Part shown: piece by piece, positions 22,969-26,569 of the stretch | Layout of the letters: each line of letters begins with the position of its first letter | Position numbering within the stretch: position 1 is the first letter of the stretch | NCBI RefSeq assembly: GCF_006345805.1 | Contig: NW_021834139.1 | Span: 1 to 26,569 of the forward strand | Length of the DNA: 26,569 nucleotides | Source: Octopus sinensis | Taxonomy: Eukaryota | Direction: 5' to 3' | The notes under the pieces: generated by a model | Databases searched by the model: none | Told to the model about the DNA's origin: nothing | The model's input: only the letters and a program-made list of their open reading frames with translations | Program-made: the position numbers and the translations under genes

Positions 22969-22971
22969 GTA

Positions 22972-22993
22972 CATATATATATATATATATATT

Positions 22994-23033
<40 letters not shown>

Positions 23034-23080
23034 AATAATATATATATACATGCGCGGACACACACACACACCACACACGC

Positions 23081-23118
<38 letters not shown>
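22972..23118. repeat. (TA)n/(CA)n microsatellite
   Basis: Visible tandem units. Confidence 0.95.
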
Positions 23119-23120
<2 letters not shown>

Positions 23121-23312
23121 GCCGGCGTTTCTTTCGAAAATTTGCCAAATTATCAATAATTGATATATCATCAGGTAAGAAAAAATTTTAGAAATTATTT
23201 TATTTGCTGCCGACAAAAAACTGCGCTTGCGCGGTGGATTTGAAAAATTATAATATATTAGCACTGGGCATATACTGAGTCGCCTCGTATTTATATATTT
23301 AATCTTGGCGTA

Positions 23313-23382
23313 CCTGCTGATGAAAGCTCCGCCTGGCAAATTAATTTATTTGCTAATATACAGCTAGAAACCATGGTCCAGG
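23313..23382 (+). ncRNA. Type I hammerhead ribozyme with complete core and extended helix II
   Basis: CCTG(23313-16)-CTGATGA(23317-23)-a-AGCT..tggcaaat/atttgcta hairpin..AGCT-a-GAAA(23367-70)-CCATGG-TC-CAGG(23379-82); GUC triplet at 23376-23378; palindromic accatggt. Confidence 0.8.
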
Positions 23383-23399
23383 AGATAGATGTATGTAGG

Positions 23400-23520
23400 T
23401 TTGCTTATGTTTCCCGTAACTTAGCGGTTTGGCAAGAAAAATCAATTGAATAGGGGTTCATGTACAAATAAACAAGATAACCCACTTTGATGACGTCCAA
23501 ATTCGAATGAAGGATTCTTG
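23400..23520 (+). mobile_element. Diverged SINE fragment (family of 6852-7118)
   Basis: cccgtaacttagcggtttggcaagaaaa resembles ccccgaaacttagcggttcggcaaaaga. Confidence 0.55.
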
Positions 23521-23769
23521 TGTCGACACTGAAAACCGATTCTTTCTCCATTGTTGAGGAATTTCTAAAACTAAAACCACGGCAACAGTTATAAATACAC
23601 ACAGAAAGAGTAATTCTATACACGCACCTTTTCTGTTAAAGAAACGTGTGCACCCATTGCATGACTACAGGTATGTCCCATTGGCGAAACGTGGATGAAG
23701 TGCCGACCACAGAGAGCAACCATTTTATATGTTTGCTATAGTAGTAAAAAAAAAAAAGTAAAATTCCTT

Positions 23770-24007
23770 CATGACTCATAGAGACCCATAAGGGCCGGTT
23801 TCCAGTTTTCCATGGTTTATATATTCTCCACCTGGACAGGACGCTAATCCATCACAGGATTTCTCCTTTTTAGCAGCTGAGCGGACTGGGGCAACGTGAA
23901 ATGTAGTGTTTTGCTCAAGAATACAACGCACCGCCCGGTTCAGGATTCGAAACCACAATCTTACGATCATGTGTCCAACACCCCTAACCACTAAGCCATG
24001 AGGCTCT
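23770..24007 (-). mobile_element. tRNA-derived SINE (Meta-domain-like)
   Basis: Minus-strand A box TGGCTTAGTGG, B box GTTTCGAATCC, core cctgtgatggattagcgtcctgtccagg. Head shared with 7481-7815, tail shared with 5510-5710. Confidence 0.85.
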
Positions 24008-24262
24008 ACTTTTGCTGTGGCAAAAGATAATGTCCGAGGAGAAGGCCAGCAGATTTCACGACCACACAGCGCGGCCAAAACCCACACTGCTCCTTTGGTG
24101 TGCCCACACGGACTTCTGCATTTTACATTTATATACACACAAAATAACTCCATCACAAATTCCAGGAATCGTTTTGACATAACTAAAGCAGCTTTGTCAC
24201 TTTGGTAGGAACCAACTTAGATTCTTAGATTCTCCGACGAAGAACTTATATAAATTCCAAAG

Positions 24263-25270
<1,008 letters not shown>

Positions 25271-25467
25271 TTCTTTTACCTGTTTCAGTCATTTGACTGC
25301 GGCCATACTGGATCACTGCCTTTAGTCGAGCAAATCGACCCCAGGACTTATTCATTGTAAGCCTAGTACTTATTGTATCGGTCTCTTTTGCCGAACCGTT
25401 AATTCACGGGACGTAAACACATCAGCATCGGTTGTCAAGCGATGTTGGAGGAACACGCACAGACACA
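25271..25467 (-). mobile_element. SINE 3' half (inverted copy of the 6852-7118 family)
   Basis: Reverse complement match over ~190 bp. Confidence 0.85.
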
Positions 25468-25510
25468 CTATTTCTTTATACACGCACAGACACACACATA
25501 CATATATATA

Positions 25511-26569
25511 CCGTATTTGACGGCATATTAGACGCACTGGCAAATTAGACGCACCCTCATTTCAGCAGGTCAAATTCAGGAAAAAAAAGTTTCAAGTGTA
25601 TTTAAGCATATATTGTTGAAAGCAGTCTAGCAGCACATTACAAAAGCAGAAAACATTGCTGTATAAAAGCAAGCATACAAAAGGAAATCATACAAATTAC
25701 AATAGTAATCATCTTTAATCATCTTTTTAACCAGAAAACTCTTCATCATCTTCTACACCAGATAAGTCTTCATCATCTTCAAAACAAGGAACATCTTCAT
25801 CACTACTGCTGAAATCACTGTCTTCAAATAATGATCATCTTCTGTGCCATCAGGGCATTGCTAATGCCACACTTCTTAAAAGCCTTCACAATGATTTCAG
25901 GCCTAACATCCCCCAAGATTGCTTCACCCACTCACACACTTCAGCATGGGGGGCCGCCTTCATTCTTCCTGTGGGTGTGAGGGCATGATGTGGCTCTGCC
26001 ATCCACTTGTTCCAATGTTCACGCATGTTCTGCTACTTAAATGCTTATTCACAGAACACATCTAAAGGCTGCAATTGGCTCGTCAGTCCACCGGAATGAC
26101 AGCTAACTGCGTTTTCAAATTCTCCAACCTTTTTTAATGGCTTCAGTTCTATGTGCTCTAAACTGATCCCAACCAGAGAGGAAGGTTTTTCTTAATAGTC
26201 CACCAGGACGCCTTGGCTATATATTTTGTAACCACAGTTTCATTCCATTTTCGTCCATCCAGCCTTTTTCGTGAACATGAACTAGTACACCTCTTGGAAT
26301 TTTATCCTTAGGCTGAGTTTTTCTCTTAAATATCAAAGATGGTCTTTGTGGCCAGTTTTATGCCATCGCACAACAGGCCAGAGCTACTGTATAGTGGGGT
26401 CTTTTCGTGGCCAGTGGTTTTTTATCGAAACCGTTTTAGACCTTTGAAACTCACAGTCCTGTTGGATGGTACCTCAAATGTGAGTGGAACATCGTCCATA
26501 TTCCCTATTGTGCCCAGTTCAAAACAAGTTTCTTTCTTGCATTTATAACAAATCTATGAAAATCTAATA
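25511..26569 (-). mobile_element. pogo-superfamily (Passer/POGK-like) DNA transposon, 3' part; continues beyond the window
   Basis: TA then TIR ccgtatttgacggcatattagacgcac, with internal direct repeat attagacgcac (25527-25537, 25544-25554); transposase remnant on the - strand. Confidence 0.88.
25720..26569 (-). pseudogene. DDD (DDE_1-type) pogo transposase, heavily frameshifted
   Basis: GNMDDVPLTFEVP, KTTGHEK, IFKRKTQPK, KGWMD, RRPGGLL, WDQFRAH, GGLTSQLQPLDV, WNKWM, TPTGR, VKAFKKCGISNA and an acidic tail, read across shifting frames. Confidence 0.92.

Larger units (their letters stand above)
21427..22971 (+). mobile_element. Decayed Penelope-like element (RT + C-terminal GIY-YIG, Nematis-like) with hammerhead-bearing 3' end
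   Basis: DIVDFYPSI, RKSIL, FDISMGNHDGTEIVNLVGLFIL (cf. FDVTMGSYDGAE), eroded YRDD position near 21762, VDFLNVT, YIHRNLNH, KKHFP, GYSC, CICR, VVYR, FKARY..HSF, FIW, WSII, PY. Many stops and frameshifts; begins in (CA)n and ends in (TA)n. Clade assigned from remembered motifs. Confidence 0.85.

Overview
Eukaryotic, repeat-dense non-coding (probably intronic) DNA. The SINE families and very high microsatellite load point to an octopus/coleoid cephalopod genome (recognised from memory, not from a search). Almost all ORFs in the track are microsatellite artefacts, and no intact host gene is visible. The real protein-coding signal is all transposon-derived: (1) a near full-length but inactivated L1/Tx1-clade LINE (- strand, ~11422-17139) with (GATA)n at both ends; (2) a 5'-truncated R4/Dong-clade element (- strand) inside (TAA)n; (3) two Penelope-like element (PLE) remnants of different clades (Neptune-like GIY-YIG at ~1.9-3.6 kb; Nematis-like RT+GIY-YIG at ~21.4-23.0 kb); (4) an RTE LINE fragment; (5) a pogo/Passer (POGK-like) DDD transposon running off the right edge. 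There are also about 10 SINE copies, a TA-flanked MITE and a 1-kb (TAGG)n array. Best leads: several hammerhead-ribozyme motifs, one with all core nucleotides, a GUC site and an extended helix II (23313-23382); a Tx1-like element that may target (GATA)n; a perfect 43-bp-arm hairpin island inside (TA)n; inverted SINE pairs able to form dsRNA; and two short candidate first coding exons on the - strand.
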